Shown here piece after piece: positions 12,201 through 20,829 of a stretch of DNA of 64,000 nt; position 1 is the first letter of the stretch; each line of letters begins with the position of its first letter. The notes beneath the pieces are model-generated. The model was given only the letters and a program-made list of their open reading frames with translations, did no database searches and was not told the DNA's origin. The DNA is from an uncultured Poribacteria bacterium. Its GTDB lineage: Bacteria; Poribacteria; WGA-4E; WGA-3G. The stretch lies in the NCBI GenBank assembly GCA_951813565.1, contig OX638351.1:2016001-2080000 (forward strand). The letters run 5' to 3'. The position numbers were made by a program, and so were the translations under genes.

Positions 12201-12788
12201 TTCATAACCGTAGGAGGAGGAAAGTCCAAGGTCAAGCCCAGAACCGTAGTCCCCATAACTTCCGTAACTATAGCCGCCGTAGCGATTCAAATCGCCTTCT
12301 CCGAAATAGTGGGTTTTGTTGACTTCAATTGTCACTGATTGATCAATTTTTACTTGTAGGTTAGAATCCATAGGAAGATCAATGCCTTTGGTATCGGATG
12401 TTTTACGTGGTTTCCAATCGTAAAGTTCGGAGAGGTCACCGAGATCTGGCGGATATTTCCAACGGCGTAGTGTCTCTAAGTATGGAATCAGTATCTGACG
12501 ACGCACAGGTATATCTGAATCTATATCTTCCGTCGTTGATGGGTCGTCTGTTGTTTTCGTTTTAGATTCGCTCTGATCCCATGTATTTTTTTCTTTTTTA
12601 GGCTTCTTGCTAAATGGATTCTCAACTGGAGGTGGAGAGGTGATTTCCTCTTGAGGAGGTGGAGTGGTTTCGTCTTTTTCCGCAGTTAAGGCAGGTTTTA
12701 TAAAAACAAGAAAACAGAGGGCGAGCGTAAACAGTGATATATATCTATTTGCAGGCTGTGGCTTCAAAAGAATGTGCTCCATCATCAA
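6285..12788 (-). CDS. SprA/Sov-like large outer-membrane beta-barrel protein (T9SS translocon-like)
   Basis: 2167 aa, signal peptide; SprA-type segments (IKIWYEG..FIKTISFGDITLSLP, NSETVRLNGRVL.RDTDY, ALIDSMEG, GEVWVNEIHL); alternating beta-strand C-terminus ending VRGEFE. Confidence 0.75.
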   Translation of the reverse strand: MMMEHILLKPQPANRYISLFTLALCFLVFIKPALTAEKDETTPPPQEEITSPPPVENPFSKKPKKEKNTWDQSESKTKTTDDPSTTEDIDSDIPVRRQILIPYLETLRRWKYPPDLGDLSELYDWKPRKTSDTKGIDLPMDSNLQVKIDQSVTIEVNKTHYFGEGDLNRYGGYSYGSYGDYGSGLDLGLSSSYGYEDFGYSSGFGGGGYDSFGSSYGGGYSSYGGYSSYGRGGVPRATGINIRQHQNIGLHGRVGERTHIAVDYNAGDSYGGRYGGYGGSSYGGYGLGGAKEQKIKIWYEGKPEDFIKTISFGDITLSLPNTRFLNINRNLFGLEGVFEYKNTRMTLFGSRSKGVREVRTFRGQSRRASFGYGPRGIQIADANYIKNRYYLIHQGEDGLLHEAYLPIKQGSVEIYIDDSVVGNNQGGKRTSQGYFNPQFPGQDYNIDYETGEIEFLSPISSSYTIVVAYEYLGDGGGSVGNPGNVFADENGDGSIDEEGEEIGYVVIKEKGFRGNAASHVYSLGNRNINPRDFQLTIIRQGESETFQTDAGLVPYIEIFGLDQNGDGIVDSEFIDYDRGLLRFPSLQPFKISDPQHPYYQHRDLLNNEAIYLESLRSTDQIYTIVADYSYQSETYNVGLFVIPNSETVRLNGRVLTRDTDYLMVYEVGTIRFFTELDEFDEIVVEFEKTPFGAGSQQAVVGVWLDYTHKPKPKSEREQNLEDRFNRLGGMQTMQTGLDNNLTNDPFSSGFPSSGTRSGRGFGNVGLGHSTFGGGFGAGGYSSFGSFGGRSRIGPSYFGGYGTGMNYFNPVYQKGFTVSTGYILTTGQKPAQIPNVNEVPNRLQAFNINTSFGREFNMAWLLNPLPFVNIQNFPLSIDFSGESAYSHNNPNSVGVALIDSMEGVKETTTIPTIKFNWKPSSVPSVQESVQAGLPTHDYSVLPTQENRALFNVVLKDREEAEAVGNYMRNRDVPASSIQPLSLSTEERLIMEVGYDFTDVVEEWGGFSNGISKSGVDYSERGFVEMWMRVEGDDDVTLYLNLGAVNEDSDADGRLDSEDLPQTLDDTTGDGVVDALDLDLENLSDAQRHFGNGRSDIGEDVGWRYDGPFQPESFGANNQILDSEDLNGDGVLDSVDAYFQVAIPLNDIPNEWVKGKNSNGWTFLSIPLSKFLPEGSRVPSLVFVQHFRFWLMKNRPGTVKGTFQWASIEIVGNKWEQGVVTQSFTDTTTGLSDQKVVEDTLEKFIVGAKDNFSYDDYQSAYLEIEDNELFRKLHPFTATSLAFQTQQQREQTLSLEYYLYPNSYGITSKQLKGFTQSEGQDFSRHDTLRLWLYGDKSYTTFVLQLAPSVRTGYRSSFYSSDPFLNQPQEEDVNIFENLTDYYEYTVPIDFEGWKLIEIDLRDHSRNEYPDLIENPSDNTDTPDQQGQPSPVQNAPDGHPDGFTVRGTGSGVSRTQLSIKNIGGILLGIRNDTEREISGEVWVNEIHLGDPLVRSGWARRGNMSVSLGNIIRLRGGYASQDKDFESGAGEIGRQRLSSRGYSTTNNDYNIDAEVTLFSWLPIRYSIREQESETEALRGSYTSFQSGKSETLNRDVSVQFNRNPFPNLGFAYNYQDFWNERRGTQISHLYTGNFRYNIGSKLGFNVQYRHEDILAKPETATDTTATSTSYYSYGYGRNRDEKTDSGSITLDISPINAFSLNPSYDIRRTLERRDPNRYTTSYFAGGVTEPDSSVEEDPDEDTVPDFSIAEREHRLSLTPRLNRDLLGLRPTVTSRVGFRENWFNVKKDASLNGNINLGLNLRIQKWFGWLLNKEKPETGGINGNQDGTIEQSGKQTPIEQNLEKLRENGIDETQIQKLVEDQNDWINRDKAEMVQKQRPSPTAQGSLATQQPKQEGLLLRILNTFTINTSANYSTTESFRQLESGQSLIEIWELDQEADERTNSRKSNRYTVRTSVDPWKWLSFGTNLSTSDSFRKSYGSTYTSHAETYEADVKLNAQQASSFQLRYSYTIRKNANLEVTLSDSTAHTPSLSWMQKWSDETRTSLGIRTTLRDHLRSGIQSDAFIITPNFSIDYRYRTEGGIRLPLIGRIQLEHDIDLTNTFSLAIRRENYGANKEERSERYETTLRAGYKLSDHLTANLHLGLSYNHDRVEEGRDYLSVASALTVRGEFE

Positions 12789-13066
12789 TGTTTAATACTA
12801 TGTGATAGTATTATAACGGAAATGCAAATGCCAGGTTTACGTTATATGGTATGTCAGTGCATAATTTATGAAAAAAGTGCAAATTTGTAATGGTTCATTT
12901 CATAAGGTGTAAAAGTTCTGGTATTAACCATATCATCTTTCTTGTGGGAGGGAGACCTTGTCCGCCCGATTTTAGTTTAAATTAGTAACAATCTGTTTGT
13001 AGTCGCGCAATTCATTGCGTCTCTTTTTAGCACCTTTTGAGGTGTTGTTTCACACTTCATGTATTA

Positions 13067-13222
13067 TAACCCAAGTTGCTACCTATATCGCGAATGCTCT
13101 TGTAGGAGGGGTTTCTAACCCCGATTTAGAAAAGAAAGCATAAGAATTAGCTGGAAATCCTTGTTTTTCAGTAAAAAGCAATGTCTGCAAGCTTGAAATC
13201 TTGTCCGTAGCAACTTAGGTTA
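13067..13222. mobile_element. MITE-like element, family F (TIR TAACC(C/T)AAGTTGCTAC)
   Basis: TIR pair, 3-bp TSD TTA; second copy at 33213-33401; solo end near 24987. Confidence 0.75.
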
Positions 13223-13312
13223 TTATAGTAAAAACCATAATTATTTACACACTACAAATCAACGCCAAATGCGCATAAGGCATTTAGCGGGTTCGGTATG
13301 TGATCAATCCCT

Positions 13313-13387
13313 CATAGCACTCCGCTGGCGTGCAAGAACTTCGGGACATGTTTCTATAAACATAGCACTCCGCTGGAGTGCAAGAAC
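13313..13387. repeat. REP-like palindrome doublet CATAGCACTCCGCTGG(A/C)GTGC
   Basis: Two units 48 bp apart; same unit at 60546 and 60596. Confidence 0.75.
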
Positions 13388-13612
13388 ACATTTGTTATTG
13401 AATGTAATAGACGTGAAATATCGTTCCGTTTCCTTTAATATTTAATATTAATGTCGAACTTACTTTCATTAGGAAAGTTTGCCCGATTTGAACGTCAAAA
13501 CTCATCAGGTAAGCGGAGCGAAACACAACGGACGATACTATTATAAAGAATTAACGCATGTGATAAAATGCGTCAAAAATATAGAAAACTAAATAACCCT
13601 GGTATAGAGGCA

Positions 13613-13954
13613 GGGTGTGTAAAGTTTTTGTAGAAATCCGCACAACTCCTATTGTAGGGGCGGGTCTCCGGGGAATGCCTTTTGGCATTCCCCGGGACCC
13701 CGCCCATAGGCGTCAATTTAAGCACACAATCACCAGATTGCCTCTTGTGGGAGGGCTTTATAAGCCCGATTTATATGTATTTATCGGGGTTGAAAACCCC
13801 TCCCACAAGAGGGTATATCCTTAAATTGACGGCTATGGGGCACCAAATCAACGGTATGAATGCCTTTTGGCATTCCCCGGGACCCCGCTCTACAGTGGAA
13901 AATGCCGCGTAATCATTGCAAATTGAACCTATGTAACCAAATATTTACACACCC
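13613..13954. mobile_element. MITE family A carrying a nested family C element (13705-13837)
   Basis: TIR GGGTGTGTAAA/TTTACACACCC, 9-bp TSD ATAGAGGCA; inner CATAGGCGTCAATTTAAG...CTTAAATTGACGGCTATG. Confidence 0.85.
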
Positions 13955-13970
13955 ATAGAGGCAGATTTTG

Positions 13971-13999
13971 TTGCCAGATTTGCAAAAATATGGTATACT
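13971..13999 (+). promoter_or_regulatory. Sigma70-type promoter
   Basis: TTGCCA-17-TATACT upstream of RBS GAGGAG. Confidence 0.6.
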
Positions 14000-14029
14000 T
14001 TCTTTAATTTACCGACAGAGAGGAGAATT

Positions 14030-14806
14030 GTGATGGAAATTGTAGCACTTGGGAAGACAGGTTTAGATGTTTCGCGGCTCTCAATCGGCACTGGGTCAAA
14101 CGGTTGGAATGGTCGTTCAAATCAAACAGATTTAGGATTTGAAGGTTTACGTGATTTACTTTTGTTTGCACACGAAAATGGCATTACGTTTTGGGATTCT
14201 GCCGACCAGTATGGTAGCCATCCACATATCAAAGAGACCCTAAAACATGTGCCTCGGAGTAGTGTCACTATTACGACAAAAACGGTTTCTCGCACACGCG
14301 AAACTGTTGAAGCAGATGTGAAGCGGTTTCTCAAAGAAATCGATTCTGACTATGTGGATATTGTGTTGCTGCACTGTCTCACACAAGTAGACTGGCCAAG
14401 TCGTTATCCAGATGCGATGGAAGCACTTGCGCGCTGTAAAGAGCAAGGGTTAATTCGCGCACACGGCGTCTCTTGCCATGACTTCGGTGCATTCCAAACA
14501 TCCGCTATGACAGAATGGGTTGAGGTCGTGTTGGCACGCATTAATCATGCGGGTGTTTCAATGGATGCATCTCCCGCGGACGTTATCCGAACGATGGAGC
14601 AGATGGCGTTTGTTGGGAAAGGCATTTACGGCATGAAAGTTTTAGGCATGGGTAAGTTGGCAAAAGACGCAGATGATCAGCGTGAGTCCATCGAATTTGT
14701 AATGGGACTGCCATGTGTTCATGCAATGACTATTGGTATGACTTCTCGTGCTGAAGTAGAAGCAAACGTAGCCGTTGTAAATGAATTATCGGAGAAAGGT
14801 GTATAA
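14030..14806 (+). CDS. Aldo/keto reductase
   Basis: LGKTGLDVSRLSIGT, WDSADQYG, ITTK, DYVDIVLLH. Confidence 0.9.
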   Translation: MMEIVALGKTGLDVSRLSIGTGSNGWNGRSNQTDLGFEGLRDLLLFAHENGITFWDSADQYGSHPHIKETLKHVPRSSVTITTKTVSRTRETVEADVKRFLKEIDSDYVDIVLLHCLTQVDWPSRYPDAMEALARCKEQGLIRAHGVSCHDFGAFQTSAMTEWVEVVLARINHAGVSMDASPADVIRTMEQMAFVGKGIYGMKVLGMGKLAKDADDQRESIEFVMGLPCVHAMTIGMTSRAEVEANVAVVNELSEKGV

Positions 14807-14878
14807 CAGGTTATTATTTTTTGTAGCGCGAGATGACCTGCCTTAGATTTCAAGGTCAGGAACTCGCGCTATTTATCT

Positions 14879-15066
14879 GAGGGGTGTGTATAATTATTTA
14901 GTGTATCAACATAGACAGTGACACACTTCAAGTACGGTTTCATTCGTAGAGATGCTGTTGTAGTCGCGCAATTCATTGCGCCTCTTTGAATTTGGTTACG
15001 GCACGCGGAGCGTGCCTACTACCTTTAAGCATAAATTTGACATTCAATTATTTATGCACACCCCTC
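14879..15066. mobile_element. MITE-like element, family E (TIR GAGGGGTGTG(T/C)ATAA)
   Basis: 8-bp TSD ATTTATCT (14871-14878, 15067-15074); REP-like hairpins inside. Confidence 0.75.
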
Positions 15067-15103
15067 ATTTATCTTAGCAGGCAGCTAAAACGAAAGTGAA
15101 TCC

Positions 15104-16549
15104 ATGGAAAAATACGAAATAGTTATCGGTTTGGAAATCCACGCAGAATTATGCACAGAAAGTAAATTATTCTGTAACTGTGCTTATACCTTTGGCGCAT
15201 CGGCAAATGACTGCACATGTCCAATCTGTTTAGGAATGCCGGGAACTTTGCCGGTTATCAACCGACGCGCGTTGGAGTTCGCTGTTCGCGCGGGTTTGGC
15301 AATGAATTGTGAAATTACAACATATAGCAAGTTCGATCGGAAAAACTATTTCTATCCTGACCTCCCGAAAAATTATCAGATTTCACAGTACGACCTTCCA
15401 TTATGTAACAATGGACAGGTAACCTTTGAATTTGATGGACAATCCAAGACCGTTGCACTCCGCCGAATTCATCTTGAGGAGGATGCTGGAAAATCTATTC
15501 ATGCCGAAGTTACAGGCGACCCTACCCGAAGTTTTATGGATTTCAACCGTGCAGGTGTGCCTCTCATGGAGATTGTAAGCGAACCAGAAATCCATTCTCC
15601 TGAAGAAGCGATTGCCTATTGCCGCGCAGTTAAAGAGATTTTAGAATATATTGAGGTGAGTGATTGTAATATGGAGGAGGGGAGTCTTCGATGTGAACCG
15701 AATATTTCCTTGCGTCCACGAGGCAGTCAAGAATTGGGAACGCGCACTGAAATTAAAAACAAAAACTCGTTTCAAGAACTGCTTGATGCAATGGATTATG
15801 AAGTGAAACGGCAAGCACGTATCCTTGATGCAGGTGGTGAGGTGGTTCAAGAAACTTTGTTGTTTGATGCAAATACCGGCAAAACAGTAGCAATGCGCGG
15901 AAAGGAAGAAGCGGACGACTATCGCTATTTCCCTGAACCCGATCTTGTTCACGTTCGGATAGATGATGAATGGGTTGATGAAATTCAGCCAACGCTCCCG
16001 GAACTTCCCGCTGCTCGCCGCAAAAGGTTTATTGATAACTACGACATCTCCCTCGAAAACGCTGAATTCCTCACCACAACACGACAAATAGCAGATTTCT
16101 TTGATGAGGCAGCGCAACTCAGCGGCGAACCTACGACCTGTGCAAACTGGATTATGGGAGACCTTACTCGTCTGTTGAACACTGCGGAAATTGAGCTCCA
16201 AAACTCAAAGATTACACCAGCACATCTCAGTGAACTCATTCAATTGATAGGTGACAATACCATCAGTGGCAAGATTGCCAAATCTGTGTTAGATGACGCT
16301 TTTGAAACTGGCAAAATGCCGAAACAGATTGTTGAGGAAAAAGGATTGTCCCAAATTACTGACACCTCCGAGATTGAGGCAATTGTCCAACAGGTCATTG
16401 ATGAGCATCCTGGTCCTGCGCAGGATTATCGTGATGGCACGAAGAAAGCTATTGGATTTCTTGTCGGTCAAGTGATGAAAGCAACTCGTGGTAAGGCGAA
16501 TCCGCAGCTTGTAAATCAGATTTTGACACGAGAACTGTCCACAGATTAA
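15104..16549 (+). CDS. gatB: Asp/Glu-tRNA(Asn/Gln) amidotransferase subunit B
   Basis: VIGLEIH, RKNYFYPDLPKNYQISQ, IHLEEDAGK, EGSLRC, DYRYFPEPDL, C-terminal Yqey domain. Confidence 0.98.
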   Translation: MEKYEIVIGLEIHAELCTESKLFCNCAYTFGASANDCTCPICLGMPGTLPVINRRALEFAVRAGLAMNCEITTYSKFDRKNYFYPDLPKNYQISQYDLPLCNNGQVTFEFDGQSKTVALRRIHLEEDAGKSIHAEVTGDPTRSFMDFNRAGVPLMEIVSEPEIHSPEEAIAYCRAVKEILEYIEVSDCNMEEGSLRCEPNISLRPRGSQELGTRTEIKNKNSFQELLDAMDYEVKRQARILDAGGEVVQETLLFDANTGKTVAMRGKEEADDYRYFPEPDLVHVRIDDEWVDEIQPTLPELPAARRKRFIDNYDISLENAEFLTTTRQIADFFDEAAQLSGEPTTCANWIMGDLTRLLNTAEIELQNSKITPAHLSELIQLIGDNTISGKIAKSVLDDAFETGKMPKQIVEEKGLSQITDTSEIEAIVQQVIDEHPGPAQDYRDGTKKAIGFLVGQVMKATRGKANPQLVNQILTRELSTD

Positions 16550-16564
16550 CGGGAACCTGTAGAA

Positions 16565-17818
16565 ATGCATACGGTAAACCCGAAATATCAAGATAAATCA
16601 TGGGACTTCAGGACGGCAGATACCAAAGAATATACCCACTGCTTCCACACTTACCCAGCAATGATGATTCCGCAAATCGCAAGAAAACTGCTAAATCAAT
16701 ATGGTATGGAAGGTGAATGGCTCTTTGATCCGTATTGTGGCACTGGCACTTCTCTGGTTGAGGCATCTCTATTCGGCATGCACAGCGTTGGGTGTGACAT
16801 CAATCCGCTTGTGCGCCTGATAGCCACCACTAAATTGATGTTTATTCCTTTGGATATTCTCGACAGTGAATTAAAAAAGCTAGACAAAGTTCTCTTTCAA
16901 GTTGAATTCGGAACTGATAAAGTACCTGACGCGCCGATTCCGAAAATTCCGAATTTGGATTACTGGTTTTCTGAAGAGATTATCAAATCTATCGCTTACC
17001 TATTAGATTGTATTAACAAAGTAGAGGATCAAGCAGTTAGGAATTTCCTTACGGTAGCATTTTCAGAAACGGTGCGCGAGGTTTCCTATACTCGCACGAG
17101 TACATTTAAACTGCATCGGATACCAGCAGAAAAACTTGAAAACTTTAACCCTGATATCTTTGGGACCTTTCGCAAAAAACTGAACAGGAACAGACAAGGT
17201 TTGGCAGCATATCTTGAAAAACGTAAAGATGTGGAAGCATCAATTTGTGATGCCAATACTGTTAATGGTGAACTACCAATGCCCTGCCCACTTGGAGGCT
17301 ATAATTTGGTTATTACCTCTCCACCGTATGGCGATTCACACACGACGGTTGCTTATGGGCAATTTTCTCGACTATCTGCAGAATGGCTCGGTTTGCCAAA
17401 TGCACGGAAAATTGACAGACTTGCAATGGGCGGACAAAATTCCCGTGAGACGTTAGCGGGGACGCCTGTTTCGTCTGCCATTAAAAAAATCAGTTCAATT
17501 GATGAAAAACGCGCCCGCGAGGTTTCCGCTTTTTATATTGACTTAGAACATAGCATCAGTTCAGCAGTAAAGACCCTTTCACAACGTTCTACAATTTGCT
17601 ATGTTGTCGGGAATCGTCGGGTTAAAGATGTTACCCTGCCAACAGACGAATTTGTTGTCTTTGCCTTTGGCAAACACGGGTTCTCACATAAAGAAACCAT
17701 TGTTAGGAACATTCCGAATAAACGAATGCCTCTCAAAAACAGTCCATCCAACGTTGCAGGGCAAACCTCTACAACAATGCACGAAGAAAATATCGTTATT
17801 TGCCAGAGAACGGATTGA
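16565..17818 (+). CDS. DNA methyltransferase, probably N4-cytosine, alpha motif order
   Basis: SAM motif DPYCGTGT precedes catalytic TSPPY; HTYPAMMIPQIA N-terminus. Confidence 0.88.
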   Translation: MHTVNPKYQDKSWDFRTADTKEYTHCFHTYPAMMIPQIARKLLNQYGMEGEWLFDPYCGTGTSLVEASLFGMHSVGCDINPLVRLIATTKLMFIPLDILDSELKKLDKVLFQVEFGTDKVPDAPIPKIPNLDYWFSEEIIKSIAYLLDCINKVEDQAVRNFLTVAFSETVREVSYTRTSTFKLHRIPAEKLENFNPDIFGTFRKKLNRNRQGLAAYLEKRKDVEASICDANTVNGELPMPCPLGGYNLVITSPPYGDSHTTVAYGQFSRLSAEWLGLPNARKIDRLAMGGQNSRETLAGTPVSSAIKKISSIDEKRAREVSAFYIDLEHSISSAVKTLSQRSTICYVVGNRRVKDVTLPTDEFVVFAFGKHGFSHKETIVRNIPNKRMPLKNSPSNVAGQTSTTMHEENIVICQRTD

Positions 17819-17820
17819 AC

Positions 17821-18918
17821 ATGTCCGTAGGTCAGATTATCCTCTCTTGTGTAACAAAGAAGTTCGGTGACACAGTTGCTGTTGACGATGTGTCGTTACA
17901 GATAGAGGGTGGTGAATTTTTCTCCTTACTCGGACCGAGCGGGTGTGGAAAGACAACAACTTTACGGATTGTCGGCGGGTTCGTATATCCCACCGCAGGC
18001 GAGGTTTTTATCAATGGCGAACTGATGTTAGAAACACCTCCCTATCGCCGTCCCGTCAATACTGTCTTTCAAAATTACGCACTATTCCCTCACAAAACCG
18101 TCGCACAAAATATCGCATTTGGATTGCAGATGAAGAAACTTCCAAAAACGGAAATTTCAGATGCAATTGAACGTTCACTTGATTTAATTCAGTTGCCTAA
18201 CTATGGTGAGCGAAAACCTAATGAACTCTCCGGTGGTGAGAGGCAGCGCGTGGCGCTTGCACGTGCGTTAGTCAATGAACCAACAATCCTGCTGTTAGAT
18301 GAACCGCTATCCGCACTGGACCTGAAACTCCGCAAACAGATGCAATTAGAACTAAAAGCGTTGCAACGCAAAGTCGGAATTACGTTTGTATACGTCACGC
18401 ATGATCAGGGTGAGGCGATGACCTTATCGGACCGTATTGCGGTGATGAACGAAGGGAAAATCCTTCAGGTAGGGACACCATCTGAAATCTACGACTCACC
18501 GCAGAATCGTTTTGTGGCAGATTTTATCGGGACTTCAAACTTTTTTGATGGAACACTCATCAGCACTGATGGTGGATTTGGAGAGGTTGTGTCAAATACC
18601 GATCCATCCTTTAAATTCGTTTGTCTGCACCACGAAGATGTCCTGATAGACACACCTGTGACCGTAGCAGTTCGTCCGGAACGGATAAAAATATTAGCGG
18701 AATTAAATCCAGATTTACCAAATTGTCTACGCGGTGTGATTGAAGATGAAAGTTATCTTGGCACAACAGTGCAATACACGGTGCAAACCGATTACCCGAC
18801 ACCTCTCATCATTCACCAACAAAACACAAGTGTAAAAGAAGGACATCGCTTTAAGCAAGGAGATACGGTTTACCTACAATGGACAGCAGAAAGCGCTATT
18901 GTTTTAAGAGCCGATTAA
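17821..18918 (+). CDS. PotA-like ABC transporter ATP-binding subunit
   Basis: GPSGCGKT, VFQNYALFPH, LSGGERQR, LLLDEP, TOBE C-terminus; no permease adjacent. Confidence 0.92.
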   Translation: MSVGQIILSCVTKKFGDTVAVDDVSLQIEGGEFFSLLGPSGCGKTTTLRIVGGFVYPTAGEVFINGELMLETPPYRRPVNTVFQNYALFPHKTVAQNIAFGLQMKKLPKTEISDAIERSLDLIQLPNYGERKPNELSGGERQRVALARALVNEPTILLLDEPLSALDLKLRKQMQLELKALQRKVGITFVYVTHDQGEAMTLSDRIAVMNEGKILQVGTPSEIYDSPQNRFVADFIGTSNFFDGTLISTDGGFGEVVSNTDPSFKFVCLHHEDVLIDTPVTVAVRPERIKILAELNPDLPNCLRGVIEDESYLGTTVQYTVQTDYPTPLIIHQQNTSVKEGHRFKQGDTVYLQWTAESAIVLRAD

Positions 18919-19913
18919 CTACGATGCAATGGCAACTTGACTTTTCCATTATCCTGCTGTTGCGAAGTCAAAAAACCGATGATAATCTGAACTACCTTGT
19001 ATCCTTCAGTTCCAGGAGAGACAGGTTCTCCGCCCTCTGCAACGAGTTTCACTATCTCTTGAACCCCCGCAGGAATGCCGACAACATCCCACGATGGTGC
19101 CTCAATTTTTTCTACTGAATCTCCTTGATGAATTGTAGCACCGCCGTCGCTAATGAGAATATAGCCATTTGTGCCGACAATCTCGGCACGAAAGCCAGAT
19201 TGTGTATTCTTCGGTCCACCAGCATAATAGCCGCGCACCCCGTTCGCAAAATGGATGTACCCGTGTGCCGATGGTTCTGTTGACGGGTCGTGTCCACCAT
19301 CGCCTTTATACTCATTATAGTCCTCGTAGCCATCCTCTAATTCTGCAGTAACCCATTCTGGAGTCGAGTCTGCGAAATAGCAGATCGCATCAACACAGTG
19401 TGTTCCGTTACGAAAGAGCATGGCGCGTCCGCCGCTCAACGTGCCAATAACATATTGGACATCACCGATACGTCCTGCACCAACAACTTCATCTCTGGTG
19501 CGCCGCCACAACGGTTGCCACCTGCGCGTGTGGTCAATGGAAAGAATAGTACCGTTCTGATCCGTTGCCTCCAGCATTCTGTCCGCATCTTCAACGTTGG
19601 TTGCCATCGGTTTTTCGCAGAAGATGCCTTTAACGCCCGCGTTTGCTGCGTCAACGACAAGGTCTGCATGTCGATGGTCAGAAGTCGCAACTGTCACAAC
19701 ATCTAAGTTCTCAGCAGCGAGCATCTCTTGGTGGTTTGTGTAAAGAGAGATGTTATCCCAATTGTCCTGCCATTTTGCCTTGAATGCATCCAGTGTGCTT
19801 TGCACAAAATCACACCCTGCGGCTAATTCAACGTTCTGCAATCCGACTAACCCGGATGCGTGGATTGTCCCGATACCACTACAACCTATAATACCTGCAC
19901 GTAGTTTTGCCAT
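18915..19913 (-). CDS. Gfo/Idh/MocA oxidoreductase
   Basis: GIIGCSGIG, CEKPMA motifs. Confidence 0.92.
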   Translation of the reverse strand: MAKLRAGIIGCSGIGTIHASGLVGLQNVELAAGCDFVQSTLDAFKAKWQDNWDNISLYTNHQEMLAAENLDVVTVATSDHRHADLVVDAANAGVKGIFCEKPMATNVEDADRMLEATDQNGTILSIDHTRRWQPLWRRTRDEVVGAGRIGDVQYVIGTLSGGRAMLFRNGTHCVDAICYFADSTPEWVTAELEDGYEDYNEYKGDGGHDPSTEPSAHGYIHFANGVRGYYAGGPKNTQSGFRAEIVGTNGYILISDGGATIHQGDSVEKIEAPSWDVVGIPAGVQEIVKLVAEGGEPVSPGTEGYKVVQIIIGFLTSQQQDNGKVKLPLHRS

Positions 19914-20099
19914 GTTCCTATCCTCCGCTATCCTAAAATCTTATCCCAGTGAGATTAACGCATTACCTTTGGCAAGATTGTATGCTACAGCAGATTAGAT
20001 GTCAAGTTTTTTGTGGAGAATAATACGATTTGATATATACTGAAAATTTTGGTAAAATATTTGGAAGGTTAACAAATCTTATTATGGAGGAAAATAACT

Positions 20100-20318
20100 G
20101 TGATTAGAATTATCGCTAATCCCGAAATTCTTGAAAGAAAACCGGTTATTGAAGGCACACGCATAAGCGTTGAACACGTATTGGGACTATTGGCAAACGG
20201 TATGACAAATGGAGATATTATTGCAGACTATCCGGATCTCACTGAAGAGAGTATTCGTGCTGTACTTGGCTATGCAGCCCGCACATTAACACTCCCCCGT
20301 CAAATCCCCATGCTTTAG
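20100..20318 (+). CDS. DUF433-family antitoxin-like protein; 3' end altered by IS insertion
   Basis: KPVIEGTRISV...YPDLTEESIRAVL; last codons overlap the IS200 left-end hairpin; no toxin gene follows. Confidence 0.8.
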   Translation: MIRIIANPEILERKPVIEGTRISVEHVLGLLANGMTNGDIIADYPDLTEESIRAVLGYAARTLTLPRQIPML

Positions 20319-20818
20319 CTTGTGGGATGTAGACGGCTAAGTGGTTGGTAGCAAAAATAAACTTGACAATCTAATCACAATGTGGTATAACATACTATAC
20401 GCTATTATAGAAAGGTAAGATATTATGCCACTCAAAATCTCTAATAAAAAGCGTAATTATCGCACTACGAACAAAACAGTCTATAGTTGTCAATATCACG
20501 TGATTTGGTGTGCCAAGTATTGTCGTAAGGTTTTGGACACTCAAATACAAGGGCGTCTCAAACAACTGATACGCGAAAAACAAGACGCGTATGGTTACAA
20601 AATCCGTGAAGTTGAAACACAATCTGAACATGTACATTTACTGGTAGAAATGCCTCCTACAGATTCTGTAGACAAAATCGTTGGCAAAATCAAAGGTTAC
20701 ACCTCAAAAGTTTTGCGAGAAGAATACCCTTCTCTAAAAAGTCGTCTTCCTTCACTTTGGACGCGTTCAAAATTTGTAAGTTCCTGTGGTGGTATAACGC
20801 TACAAGTCATAAAAGACT
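20292..20818 (+). mobile_element. Truncated IS200/IS605-family element
   Basis: Left-end hairpin CCGTC..ATCCCCA..TGGGAT..GACGG, TTGACA-17-TATAAC promoter, tnpA; boundary approximate. Confidence 0.75.
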
Positions 20819-20829
20819 GGCTCTTGTAA
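20425..20829 (+). pseudogene. tnpA: IS200 TnpA (Y1 HUH transposase) interrupted before the catalytic Tyr
   Basis: YHVIWCAKY, EHVHLL, LWTRSKFVSSCG; breaks at IKD where the next IS begins. Confidence 0.85.

Noticed and set aside
13313..13387. Spaced palindromic repeats here and at 60546-60618 as a CRISPR array
   Set aside because: Only two units per site, inside or near MITEs, spacers partly similar, no cas genes; fits REP-like doublets
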